64,000 nucleotides of DNA. Source: Ptychomitrium polyphyllum (taxonomy: Eukaryota). Positions 39,201 through 55,200 of the stretch are shown here, piece after piece; within the stretch, counting starts at the first letter, position 1; each line of letters opens with the position of its first letter. A model generated the notes under the pieces. That model was not told the DNA's origin. It saw nothing but the letters and a program-made list of their open reading frames with translations, and searched no databases. The position numbers were made by a program, and so were the translations under genes. The DNA is taken from positions 17,546,001-17,610,000 of the forward strand of contig OZ316775.1 of assembly GCA_973851085.1 (NCBI GenBank). The letters are read 5' to 3'.

Positions 39201-42200
39201 AATGCAGTTGTATACTATGAAGTGAAATATTTCACTAATTTTGATTAAAATTTGAAATTGCTATAATTTTTTAAATATGATTGAAAATTCATATATATTA
39301 CACAATATATTATAAAACTCCAAATTTTCTAACATAAGTACAATTTACTATGAAAAATATTACAATGAATGAAAATCATCTATTTTCTTAACATGAGCAA
39401 AAAAATCACAACCCCAGTGAATGAAAATAAGTACTCAACTTGTTATTACAATTATATATTTATTTTTAGGAAATTTCCAAAAACTCAAAATTAAGCAAAT
39501 TACAAAGTTTCTGAGCTTCAGTTGGACAATTCTATGCAAACGTATGAGAAGCCAATTTTATGACCAACATTGATTTTCAATAAAAATCCCAAATAACTCC
39601 AAAATCCATTACATGGTGAATTGTTGTTACTACCTTTCCCAGAATTAGAATCTCATGAAAAATTTAGAATAGTTCAAATGCTCTAAATTTATCATAAAGA
39701 AGTGGCATCCTACTACCATAAACCATGCCAAAAAACAATGAATGCAAAGCATCCGTATCTTGTAAGAACCAGGGTGGCTATTACATCTACTTGCCAGGTC
39801 CAGGCATTTAAAAAGTCATCACTGTCACTGAACTGCAGATTTGTCGAACCATATAATTGCAAAACTATACAATTGTGAAAATACCATAACTTAGAGGGCT
39901 GCTAATTGGAATTTGTAAAGGAATGGCAATGGTGGCGCCCTATTCAGTTACAAACTCTATGCTTCATTTACAATGCATGTATGCAAGAAATTCAAGGATG
40001 TTTTCATTGCTGTTGCCCATGTTGGTGTAGATTTGGGCAGGCAGCTTTAAGCTGATCATGATGTTAATCTTGTAAAAATGCACTGTATATCAAACAGTAC
40101 TCTTTAACTATCTGTCATTCCACATCCATTCTACCTCTTCTGTCCTTTATTTTGAGAAGTGCATCATTCTGCTGACCTAAGTTTGAGTGTTGTGGTACAG
40201 TCATTGGTGAGGTGTAGAGTGTAGAGAGGATGGCAAACATTCCAGCATACTAAACTGCTCAACTGAGAGAGCAGGCCCTCCAGAAATAAGATCATAAGAA
40301 AGTTGAGAGGGGTGAGGTACAGAAGGTTTTAAGTTAGTTAACATAGAAGTAGGTTATGCAATTCCCTGTTTATTCTCTTCTGGCTAAGAGCATGATTGAC
40401 AAGCACAAGTGACAAGATGGCAGGCCAACTGATGATGACAGTGTCCTGCGTACTCATAAGTTATGGAATAATTGCATCAAGTTACCAGAAGTTGACTTGG
40501 ACAAGAGCAACCACCATCAACAGCTTGACGTAGTTTAACTTGTTGGCACCTCTGTCTTCACGTACTAAACTAAGTGCACTTTGCACAAAAAGGACAGTTT
40601 TACAAAGACACTCAATAAAGACAAAATTTAAAACACTGTAACTACTTGTACAATATTATGCTGAGATTACATATTTTAAGAAGATTCCACACAGAAGCTG
40701 ATTTTGCTTTTCTGTACAAATTTTTTTCATGTTGGCACAAAGAAATCTTGCTAAGGGTATGGGTTTTGAGGCTTTGAGCGTCTCTAAATCACAGATATTT
40801 AGTATAACTTACAGAAATATTGTCCTCCCCAAATATGGCAGGCATACGGCAAGTTTCTAGAACTGAAAAAGGAAAAATTTGAGATCTAGACAGAAATATT
40901 GGTGAAAAACTGCTTAGGGTGACAAGTTTTGGGTGTTTTTCTTCATTTGCATAGCTGCCCGTTCAAATCTAACTATTTACAACAAATTTCTCTCAAAATC
41001 CAGCTGATTTTTAAGAACAAAATGTCCTCTAACTTTAAGGAGTTTTCTTCTTTTTTTTTTCCAAATTCTATACCATAAAACGGGGTGACAAATAGCCCAA
41101 TCCTAGACTTCTGGCCCATATGATATTCAGTTGTAAATGTTTCCAGGATAATTACGGGTGTTACCACAAGTTGACTCCTGCAAGTGGTTGATATACTACT
41201 CCGTGGAGCTGAAAGAGCTCTAAATGGGGTGTCACTGTGTCAGTGCTCAAGTGAAGAAATGATGCAGCGATTGGATCTGCAAGGACAGTTCTTGCAAGAG
41301 CAAGAGTAGTTGTACAAACTCTCTAGAGAGGCGCAGAGCCCATTATGAGTCCACGAGAGCTGCATAGTCTTCTGCCAGGTCTCCCCATTATTGGCTCGTC
41401 CGCTTCATCACTGCTACACCCGACTGCTACAACGTGTTAATAAGTCCCTGCTAAGGGAGTGGCATTGCAGACTTAACTAAGGGTAATCCATCATCATTAA
41501 TGGTCTATAGCAGTATGCTCCAAGCAACTCCTGAGTCCCTGTGCATTTTCAACTTGCTGTTGCAGCTACACCGGTATAATACTTAGAGTATTATAAACAA
41601 GTGAAGAATATTATGGGATCTAATGTAACTTGACCGCATGAGCTCTATCGGGCAAGATGTATCAGCTTTTGGAGACTCAGAAGAACTTAGTTATACACTA
41701 GAAGCAGAGAATCTGTCATCAGCACAACGTGCTAATATGTAATAGAGAGATTAAGCGATCTCGTATGGTTGTATCTTTTTTCTTGCCGGGATCTAGGTGC
41801 AATGGTAACCAAATGCCCATTGAAGTGAGCATGCCTACTGCCGGTCAACTTACTAGACCCAAGTATGTGTGGAAACGATTGGGTTGTATACTAGCCTTGG
41901 ACGCAACTGTTGAATAGCTCTGGAGCACAGAGTCTCGATTCTTAGTGCCTGTCAGTTGCTTTCCTGAAGAATATCCCTCGTGAAGCAACGGTCGTTGAAA
42001 GACATGCACTGCAGTTCACACTTCACGGGTCTGCGTGCCTGAATGTGTATCCTTCCTGTATAAATCAACGAAATTTATACTTACATGGTACTATATTGTC
42101 GTATGTAAGTTACTGATGTTGGCTGTCTCCAGCGACGTCGAGCTGCCATATTCAGAGCTTTCATGTCTGCACAGAACATTTGCTTTCAGACCTGCCGGTG

Positions 42201-42464
42201 CAGCTCGCCTGCTCATGAATGCTCAAGCAGCTTGTGACGGCTCCTCTCTGCATCTCACCCTGATACACTCATGCAATTCAAGGGCTGCCACATTCCAGAT
42301 TGGTCTTGCATTCATGATCATGTCGTCCGGGCAATCTTTCTATATCTCCAAGTGGTAGTGACTATGGCTGTCAATTTTTTAGAAAGGGTGTGATTTGCGT
42401 CTCGCACCAACGTCCTCCTGTGGTTCCTCTGTTTCGCAAGTCTTGTTTGCATAACGATTAAGCT

Positions 42465-45535
<3,071 letters not shown>

Positions 45536-46239
45536 TTATTCAGCAATTACTTTTGCGAAAGTTGGAGGAAATGGGGCTCTAAGAAGTAGATTTCTCTTCA
45601 CCGTTTCGGTCATGATCGTGGAATTGAAAAGGATGCCAGCAAAAAGCTCATTTTTTCGCTGCCTGCGTGCGGTCAACTACAAAGAGAGAGAAACCACTCT
45701 CAAGTGCTGCAGACGTTGATTCCTTTCAAAATGAAAGAAATTGACAAGGATGTCTATGAGTTAGTAGTTTTTCAAATGTGAGAAAACAGCATCAAATAAA
45801 GAAATTTGTAAATTCATTTCATCTATGGTCAGTATATCGTTAATTCTACACTCAATCCCATGCTAGTAGATAATATAGTCATCACGCGCTCATAGCTTCC
45901 AGTGAAGGGGCATATCAGTGGAATTCACAGAGCAGTATTCATCAAATGGAACACGAAAACACTTGTGTGTGACAGGTTAAATGTTTGCTTCATCTAGTCA
46001 GGTCTCATGACTAGTCCGTCAATTTCTGTTGCGAGTCCTGTTTATTCAAAGCAATACATGATACAGATTTTCTTCTTGCCGGAATACAGTAGCGTTTGCT
46101 AAAGCCATTTACTAGCAATTAAGAAACAAAAAATGCAATTTACATCACTTAGACTGTCCCCATTCTTTCCAAATGCAATTTACTTCTACTTCCTTCTATC
46201 GAGATGGTTCTCTTCAAATCCCATCTCCATACAAGTTTC

Positions 46240-48150
46240 TTAGACAACCACATTGAAAACTACTTTTGCTACAGACCGAATACAGATTGAGAAGTTAACA
46301 AGAATATTAACTTTTCTATTCAATTGTGGATGGAGTTCAGAGGGCGGTGGTTCTCGCGAAGAGACACCAGAATTCCGACTTAGAAAATTCGCCTCAAGCC
46401 TATCTATGCTCGCATTGAAACTCTCACATGGTGATGAAATTTGAGACAGTCTGAGGAGGTCTAGGACTGAGCTATTCCTTTGAGTGCTAGGTCCCACTTT
46501 CGAGCCACCAGGTGGAGGAGGAGGTACTTTGCACTTCGGAGGAGGAGGCAACTTGAATAATGGCGAAGACTGGGGTTTGAGATATTAATTAGACCTGCTA
46601 TTAATATCTAATTCTACTAAAACTTTACGAGTAGGGATAGTGTCTCTTACTGGTGGTGTCCAACCACCCGCAATGGGAGAACTAGAGGAAGTGAAGCTTT
46701 CAGAAGATGTAGGTGACACATCAAAAGGATTCCATTCAGTGCTAGCACTGCTTGTCTGCGGGCTGTCATCGGATGAAAATGTCTGCATTACAAGTTCTAC
46801 ATCATCAAAAGAATCGCACAACATATCATACGTTTCAAAACTTGACAACAGTATACAAGAACCCCGCTGGAAATATAGACAGTTATATGTACTTACCAAA
46901 GAAGCGCTCCGATTTGTGCTTCTCTGAGAAGTCGGCGAAGAATGGTCACTATCAAGTGGATCAATTTTTGATCATGGACTGGATGGGCTGCCTTTCCCTT
47001 CCTCAGTGGAAGTGTGCCGGCAGGCTGAGTACTATTTTGTTGAAAGTTTGATCGCTCGCACATAACAGTACCACCGTAAGCTTCTACGGATTGGCTGTCA
47101 AAGCTTCAAGAATACCTCTGGAAACAGTCTGGGCTCTAATGCGCTCCTTCTTGAAAAAATTCTCATCAACCAGAAGTTTATGAACTTGCTTGGCCTTACA
47201 CTGAAGAGCTGAGCCCCTGTCAACCCTGAAATGAATGCTCACTTCTGAGATTTTGGTGACTAAATACTAGTCATATTCCAAAACCAAATTTCTATAAAGA
47301 ACAGAAGACAGCTCATGTTTCGAAAATTAAGCGAGAGTCTGACACATACAGATTTTTATCTATAAACGCAAAGTGAGTCAATTCTTCAACTCGCTCCTTG
47401 TCCGTTCTGAACTCTACGACAAACTGCACTGGGCCATGAGTTAGGAAATACTCCATAACTGTCAGCGCTTTGAATATTTGCCTCCACTTCTTCGTCCGAG
47501 TTAGAGTTAGTCTGTACACACGTCAGCAAAGAATAATTTAAATACATTGACATGTACAAAGAGCGCGTCCGAAAGAATCCGGAGGACAAAACCATATTTC
47601 GAACTATCTTGCAGATATTTCACCATGTTCGGCATTCTTTATATGTATGGAGGCAATTGAAGAATACTCGAGCTCCAACAAAGCAGTGCAAAACATGCAC
47701 AGAAGAAGTTTACCTCGCACGAAGAACTTGCACTATACGCCCATAATCATCATAATTCTTAGAAGCATTAGAAATTGCCGCCAGTGTCTTTGTTGTTGGA
47801 CCCCATTCTTCAGTGTTCGTAGCGTCTTCTGCCATCCTGCTTCCAAGAAAAAATAATGAGTGATCATAAATCATCCAACAGTATGCTGTACACGACAGAC
47901 TGCATATCTGCAAACTGAACACCCGTAGTCTGAGAACACCGCCAGGGCAAGGGCATGTGTTCATATCAAGAAATCAATCTACTAAGAAGGTGAGTTCCGA
48001 TGAGTCTCACGTCTCCGCAGCACTGACATGTACGAAGGCATGGCGTGCAATTTTAAGGCTGTCGCTGATGAGAAGTGAAGAAATCTTTCCGAGATGCATG
48101 AGAGGTCCTGTTCCAAGCCCGCTCTTCTCCCTCGGTTTTTCAAACTTCAT
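46240..48150 (-). pseudogene. ENTH-domain (epsin-like) gene, probably pseudogenised or truncated after the ENTH domain
   Basis: ENTH motifs EDATNTEEWGPT, WRQIFKALTVMEYFLTHGP, FAFIDKN..DRG..KAKQV and KKERIRA. Downstream there is an apparent frameshift near 47105 and in-frame stops at 46972-46974 and 46585-46587. Confidence 0.7.
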
Positions 48151-50714
48151 AAATGCCAAATCGCTTTTTGCTGAATCCTGTATCCACCAGACATGCCCTC
48201 GGCTCACCTTTTGCTTGATTGATTCACTAAACAACTGATTTTCGAAGATTTTACTTCCAATTTTTCGTGCTTGGCATACCCTGCAAATAATGTATATTTC
48301 CAAGTTCATTGTTGAATACTCATTCTGTACATCCCTCGAATATCATAAGAACTCATTACTCCTGAATAATCTCCATATCCCTGCATACTACTTTTGTTGC
48401 GAAATTTGAAGAAATTGATCGCATGCTATATTCGACAGTAAGAAGAGAACTTAAAATGAAACGGGAACAGCATTGGATCGCATTGTCACTCAGATAGCTT
48501 ATCCACAACATTCGCTTCGTGTAGCACTGGATACAAACCAGGAACATCAATTTACTATCCTCCTATTCTGAAGAGTTATAGGACTATTCGTGCACATTAG
48601 CCAGAAAATTATTCTCTAAAAAAATTGATGTTGTCATAAGTAACATCAAGAATCACGAAAAGATATCATAAATTCGAAAAGATCAAGAGAAAGAAGTTTG
48701 CCTGCCAAACATACATTACAACAACTCAAAATATTGTTTTCTAAGCTGCAACCATTCAAGGAGCACAAATTACTTCAGAACATATCAACCTGCACATTCT
48801 GTGCACTGATTTCCCTGTAACCACATCTCACCTTAATGAATGCAAGAAACCACAACAGAGGACAATGAAGTTTCTTAGCTTACGGTTTCTTGAACAAGAC
48901 CACAAAAGGAAAGTGTCCACACGACAACCTTCAAAGCGCCTATGATAAACGAAGAGACACATGACGATGCAGAATCAGGTACAATTCCTATCGGAGCTCA
49001 ACCTAAGCTGACGACCATCAAGAGAGCTGAAATTGCTTCTAAGCATTGCACACACAGATATATCCGATGCACTAATTTCCCTACAACCTCCTCTCGCCTG
49101 AACAAACGCAAGAAGCGACGACATAGCACAACGGAGGCTCTTCGATGGTGGTTTCTCAAATAAGGCAGTGGAGGAAGCTGCTGACGGCTCTGGACTATTA
49201 ATAAAGCTCAAATTTTCTTCTAAGCATTGCACACAAAGACGCATCCAGTGCACATTCCCGTACAACCCCCTCGCACTTTAACAAATGCAACAACCTACAA
49301 CGAAGAGCAAACAGAGCGTCTTCCCTTACCGTTTCCTGCTGAGAGCAAAACGCAGTGGAGGAAGACGCTGAGCCTAGCTCTATCCCTGCATCTGCCGAGG
49401 GTAGAAATCCGCAAGATCGCCGCTGCGAAACTCGCAACGCATCCACTTCCGCTCCAATGAATCTCTCTATGCGCGTCCCTCTCCTGCAAAGCTCTCTCAG
49501 CAAGTTCGCCACTGCCAATCTTTAACAGGTGATACTCGGTCGATACCAATTTTATACCTCCATAATACTCTCTCAATAACTAGTTAATACACATGTGATG
49601 CTCTGGCGGGTATAGTGTACAGTGGACAAGAACACTGAACACACACCAGGCCGTTGTAAACCTGGCTACACTCCGTGTGCACTATGACAGTGAGTATATG
49701 TTCAATGCAGTTCCGGTTCTGTCGCAAACCGTGGCAGCCCTGGTCAGAGGTGCAGGTGACTTCACCTAGGTTGGGCTGGGGCTCGGCGATAGAGGAGCTT
49801 TGTTGGGAAAGGGGAAAGTCGGACGTAGCGTGCTGCCGGGCTTCATGTTTACAGTTGTAACTTAATCTAAGGAAACGAAAGGACAGCGAAGTTGGGTGTG
49901 GCGAGAGACTTGAATTTGTTTGTGCTGCCATGAATTGGCTGCAAGGAAGTTGCCCACTTGTATAGACTAATTCAAGTTGCATTCTCCTTTGATGCATTCT
50001 CATTGGAGGTGAAATGTGAGAATGCTATACCTGTTTTAGATTCTAAAATATGGATATATAAATATGAAATTAAGTTTTATTTTGCACTTGTTCCATGTTG
50101 TTATCATTGTGATTCAAACAAATATTTAGTTTGATGTTTTAAGAGATTAAAACTTATATCAACTAAACATTGTGAAAATTTGAAATTGTTGTGAATTTTT
50201 GATGTGATAGTGGAAAAATTCATTTGGATTATTAGAAATATATTCAAAAATTACAATTTTTATGCAATAAGTAGGTTATATAGTGGTTTGCTGGTCATTA
50301 TATACAACTAGCAAATTAAAGGTAACATTTGGAAAGAGACTTTAGTTTCTTGCTGCCCATTCCATGTTTTAAGGTGAAATTAGTGATTGCAATTGAAAAA
50401 GGGCACACTTCAAGCATTTTTTTAAAACAACACACTTGTAGAGAGCCAACATAATCTTTTTCCTCAAAGATAGACCAAAAAAGAATATTGGTTTTTTTGA
50501 AACAAAAGAGAACTTCACTCAAGTCTACAGAGTACACACCATATTTCTTTATGCAGTCTATAGAATACAGGCTTTCCTTGAGTAGTTTTCCCATTATGTC
50601 ACCTGGTGAAAAGTCCTGAGGAAGGCTACACTAAGCCTGCACTATGTTGTTCCTGTACATAAGCTACAAGTTCGTCGACAACGTCAGCTAACACTTCACG
50701 CGCACCAGCAAATT

Positions 50715-51128
50715 TCAGTGATGCTTATTCCAGCTGTAGATGTGAGTAGCGCTATCACCAGGTGTCAGGATCAGCGCCATCCCGTCATCATTTGCAATCC
50801 ATCTGCAAAGATTACTACAAAGCCTAGAGGATGAGTTTCTCACGTACAAGAAAAACTTGCCCCACAAGAAAGGTACCGGATGAAGAGGGTCGTGCTGCTT
50901 CGGAGAGGTCATCACAGTGCAATGCCAATGATCTTGCGTGATCGGGTCGAAGTCGAACCTGTAAGCTTTGGCCGGCCCAATAGTATTCACAGCTAGATGC
51001 TCCATACTGGACTCGCACTGAATCTCGAGGTCATAAAAGGCGAAGTGGTTGCTGATGTCCATGAGGCCAGCAGCCGCAAGGTGAGGAAAGATTGCCACGA
51101 CTACAACCACAAAGCTCGGCCCGCGCAT
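50715..51128 (-). CDS. Secreted S-protein homologue (SPH; plant self-incompatibility S1 family), 137 aa, intronless
   Basis: Signal peptide MRGPSFVVVVVAIF..AAA, then the pattern ISN..LEIQCES..YRFDF..WHC..F.LY..C...CRW....DG..YSW with four cysteines. Confidence 0.78.
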   Translation of the reverse strand: MRGPSFVVVVVAIFPHLAAAGLMDISNHFAFYDLEIQCESSMEHLAVNTIGPAKAYRFDFDPITQDHWHCTVMTSPKQHDPLHPVPFLWGKFFLYVRNSSSRLCSNLCRWIANDDGMALILTPGDSATHIYSWNKHH

Positions 51129-52201
51129 ACTAGCAATGTCGGGGTTATCACATAACGCCCGGCACATGCAGAAGTCAGGAAAATGTGACACTCATAATAA
51201 ATTGACAAGTTCTAGTTTCTAATTGACAGTTATACACACTTGTGAGAATTTATCGAGCCAATGAAGCAGAGGGTAGGTTGTGAAAGGGAGAAAGGAAGAT
51301 CCTAAGAATTAGCACTAGTCTATTCCTCCACTGAGTAACTTGCTCATCAACAAGCTATGGAGTCATCAAGAATGCTCAATGACCTGACGAAAGAGATGAG
51401 GAATCCAGAAGAAGGCCCAAGCTGTGAATTAATGCAATCAGCCTACACACCAGAAATTTCGAAGGGGCTGTAGAAGGAAGTAACTTCGAGAGATTGAATT
51501 AATGAGTGCCACAAAGAACACGTCTACAGTTGCGTAAGTTTTACAATTATGTGATCCCTTCCGCATGATTTGAATATGACTGGCTGGTATCAACTCCATG
51601 CACTTGCAATTGGCACGTTATGTTAGTGGTTGTGACATTTATTCCAAGATGCTTCAATCATGTTCTTTTAGTGATCTCTCATTGAGAAGATCTAGATCCC
51701 TTTGTCCATAGAGCAAATCAGCAAAACGCTAAGAAGATGTCGCTTTCAAGAGTTGATTATTAAGATATAAGTACAAGAATTGGAAGATTCGCTTACATCC
51801 CAAGCCAAAGCGGTGGCACCAATAGCACGTCCACCACGTTGGCATGCAAACCTTCCTGGAACGGCCACTTCTGTCGACCTTTGGATAGAATGAATCTCTA
51901 AAGACCTAATCTTTTGATGCTAATCTTACCAATTTGCAATGTTTGTACAATATAAATAGCGCTCCGAGTATGGAAGGAGTCAAAGCACTTCTGCGTAAGT
52001 CACAGATTTTAGAGGCAAAATAACTTCAATCTTCAGGTACAAGCTTGCACCTGCAACCACCATGTCACCCATGATGCAAAAACTGATGATGTACCTTGAT
52101 CTTAATAGTAGGGCCCCGAAACCTGCTACCAGCCGTATGAGCTGAGGTTATGTCATTTCTTGTTCCATGGAGCATCTGAAGGACCTACGGCTGAGTGTTG
52201 T

Positions 52202-55200
52202 CTAGCGGCCTCGAGCTTCCTCAAGAGAACGAGGTGATCTGTAGGAGTTGGTGAGCTCACTAGGACCCGGGGGGAGGATGTTGGCCTCCAACAATTGAAC
52301 CACTCGGACCATAGTAGGGCGTTCTTCTGGCACAGGATTTAAGCACTTGATCGCAATTTGTAGCACAGAATCTAGTTGCTCCTTTGGAGCTTCATCCAAG
52401 ATCTTTGGGTCAAATATTTTGAACTGCAAATTCTCCTTGATGTTCAATGTAACCTGCAAATTCAAAAACAAGAAATTTTAACTCAAGTCCCTTCCATTCA
52501 TCCATTACCAACGACAAGAACAGATAATTTAACTAAATGAGACAGCTCCCGAAGCCAGGTGCACAGAAAGTAGGAGTCAATAATTACACATTCTCGATTT
52601 CTGTGAGGCTAAAATTAAGAAGGCTCTTTTCGTTTCTCAAGAATAACACATTTTTAGCCAGTCTGAAGTCACTTTGAACACAATCCATGATACCGGTAGA
52701 TGATATGGGCGTGTGGTGAATCATTACCCAACCAACAAGATTCAACCGTTCAGCAAGAAGGGAGGGATCACTGGGTCGTCTGCCACTTAAAAGCTCCAAC
52801 AACACGACCCCATAGCTATACACGTCCCCCTTCTCTGTGGCTCGTCCAGTATTCATATATTCTGCCATAGTGATCACCCAGTTTATTATCGCAATCAATG
52901 ATTTTCCACGTAAGACATCATGAGCAGCAAAAACTTTGAATCCACAACATTTCATTTGTTAATCTAAATGTCTAGAGGTCAAGGACAAGCACAAGCATAA
53001 TCATAGTCGCTTGCAAGCAGTTGTTCTCTCCAGCAGTAGTTAATCATGCAAAACAGAAGACGTGTCTAGCTTATGAGGTATTACCTGGAGCAAGGTAGCC
53101 AAAGGTGCCAGCAACGATAGTAGTTACGTGAGAAGCGTTGTCTTCCAAAAGCTTGTCCAGACCAAAGTCAGACAAACGGGGATCCAGAGTTTCATCCAGG
53201 AGAATATTGCACGACTTGATATGACTATGGATGATGCGAGGGGAGCAGTTATGGTGCAAGTATGCAAGCCCTCGGCCAGCTCCAATGGCTATCTTCAATC
53301 GTGCTGCCCAGTTGACTAGCACCTCTTGCCGTTCTCTATCTGATAGGTAAGAGCCGTGCATGTGTAAAAAACAAGATGGATGTGAAGGATTAATCCTAGA
53401 GAAATTCTCCACTAAAAAAACTTTTACATATTTTCCTTTGTGGTTTGCCAATTTCTTGAATTCACTCATTTGTAACCCAAACCTTTACATTCAGACTCAA
53501 GGATTCCCTAACAGCATTATTGTTTTCTCCTGAGTCGCTATTTGAACAAAAATCTACGTGATTTCAGAGATTTCATGCTGCAAAACATTGATTTATAAAT
53601 AAGCTTTTCCTGGCCAAGCGCAAATAATTCTCAAAAATTAATCCAGTCTAAAACATTCAGATAAAGGAACTCAGAGATACAGACCGTGTAGAGATTCTTC
53701 CAGGTTTCCGCAAGGTAGAAAGTCGTATATCAAATGCTTGGCAGTTGAGGAGTTGCAGTAGCCACGAAGACTCACAAGGTTTCTATGCTTGAAATTGCCC
53801 AAAATTTTCAGCTCTCTTTCAAAGACATTATCAGATGATAGTCCAAGGACTCCAATCCGCTTTACAGCAAAGATGTTGCCATCGTCCATAACTAAGCGGT
53901 ACACGGTGCCAAATCCACCAGAGCCTATTATATCTCTCTCGCCAAGCAGATTTGTTCTCTTGATGATATCTATGGATGTATAAGGCAAATCGCCATGGAA
54001 TTTCGCCAGTTTAGCTTCGTGATATGCTGCATGATGAGAGAGTATATGTTAATTTTCTTGAATTAATCAAACAAACTTCAAAAACGGTCAAGACAAACTC
54101 AAAAGCTCAAACTGAGAAACTTTTTAAATAGAGAAGCTGGCATCACAACCCCAGTCACTCCTAGCACAATCATTTCGTTCTATGCGTTAACGCTAACTCC
54201 GAAAATTTCATGGCAAAGCACGAGTGAGCACCTTGGGCACCTTTCACTTTGGCAAGATTTTGCTCCTGGGTTCCGTACTGCGTTCGTAAGAACCAGCACC
54301 AGAAGCACATTAGAACAATCAATGCGGAAAGGCATACAGTACTAATCAAGAAAACATTGGAGTAGCCGTGTTTCGAACTTGAGCCAGGTTCTGGTTTCAA
54401 CCCCTCTGCTTCTGCGCAATTGAGAAATATAATTGAGCAAAATGAATTTATTGGCATGGGCATGGTAATGTATCACACCAATTCTATCACCTCAATAGGC
54501 GTCAATCCAAAACATCTCTTGTAGTAAGGCATGTGAAATGTCAACATTACAGTCATCAATAAATCTTCCCTTTTGTAAAAATCCTTTGCATCAATCAAAT
54601 AATTCTTATCCATTTGTTCTATACATCAAAATAAAGTACCCAATAGCATGCAGAAGCAGTACCTGATGCCATAGCTGGAGACGGAACAGGACTGTTTCTA
54701 CCTCCAAGGAAGGGCTCAAAACTAAGTGGAGGACTTGCTTGGGGACTTGCTAATGGAGCCGGTGCTGGGGGATCACTCCAACAAGTGATTTTCACTTGTG
54801 AACCGCAAAGGCCTGGGTTTCTCAGAAACCTGCATGATAAATACGACTCTTGAGCTTTGAATATGATGATTTAATGGACATTTCACTGTAAAAGTATGAA
54901 AAGCAAGTATTATAGATATACATGATTACAAGTATGAATGAAATACTTTTCTAAAAAAAAAAAACCTTTTACACTTTCGTGTTGTCATAATGCAGATTAT
55001 AAATGAAATATGATTTATTTTGCTATTTTTGAAATTTGAACTTCAAACTACAGAAGTTAGTAGATTTTACTCTTTTAATATCTAATATAAACATATATTG
55101 TATATTGGATTTAATTTTATTCTAGAAGGTGGAAGATAGCTAATGTAAGGCTTTTCAAGTGTATTAAAAAAAATTCAATTATATTAAATCATCATGGTAA

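Noticed and set aside
37400..42400. Long intergenic region searched by eye for tRNA, snoRNA and miRNA
   Set aside because: No cloverleaf, C/D-box pair or long hairpin was found. An Infernal/Rfam scan would be decisive.
48940..50003. Overlapping short ORFs upstream of the ENTH gene
   Set aside because: No recognisable homology. Probably 5' UTR exons or promoter sequence.
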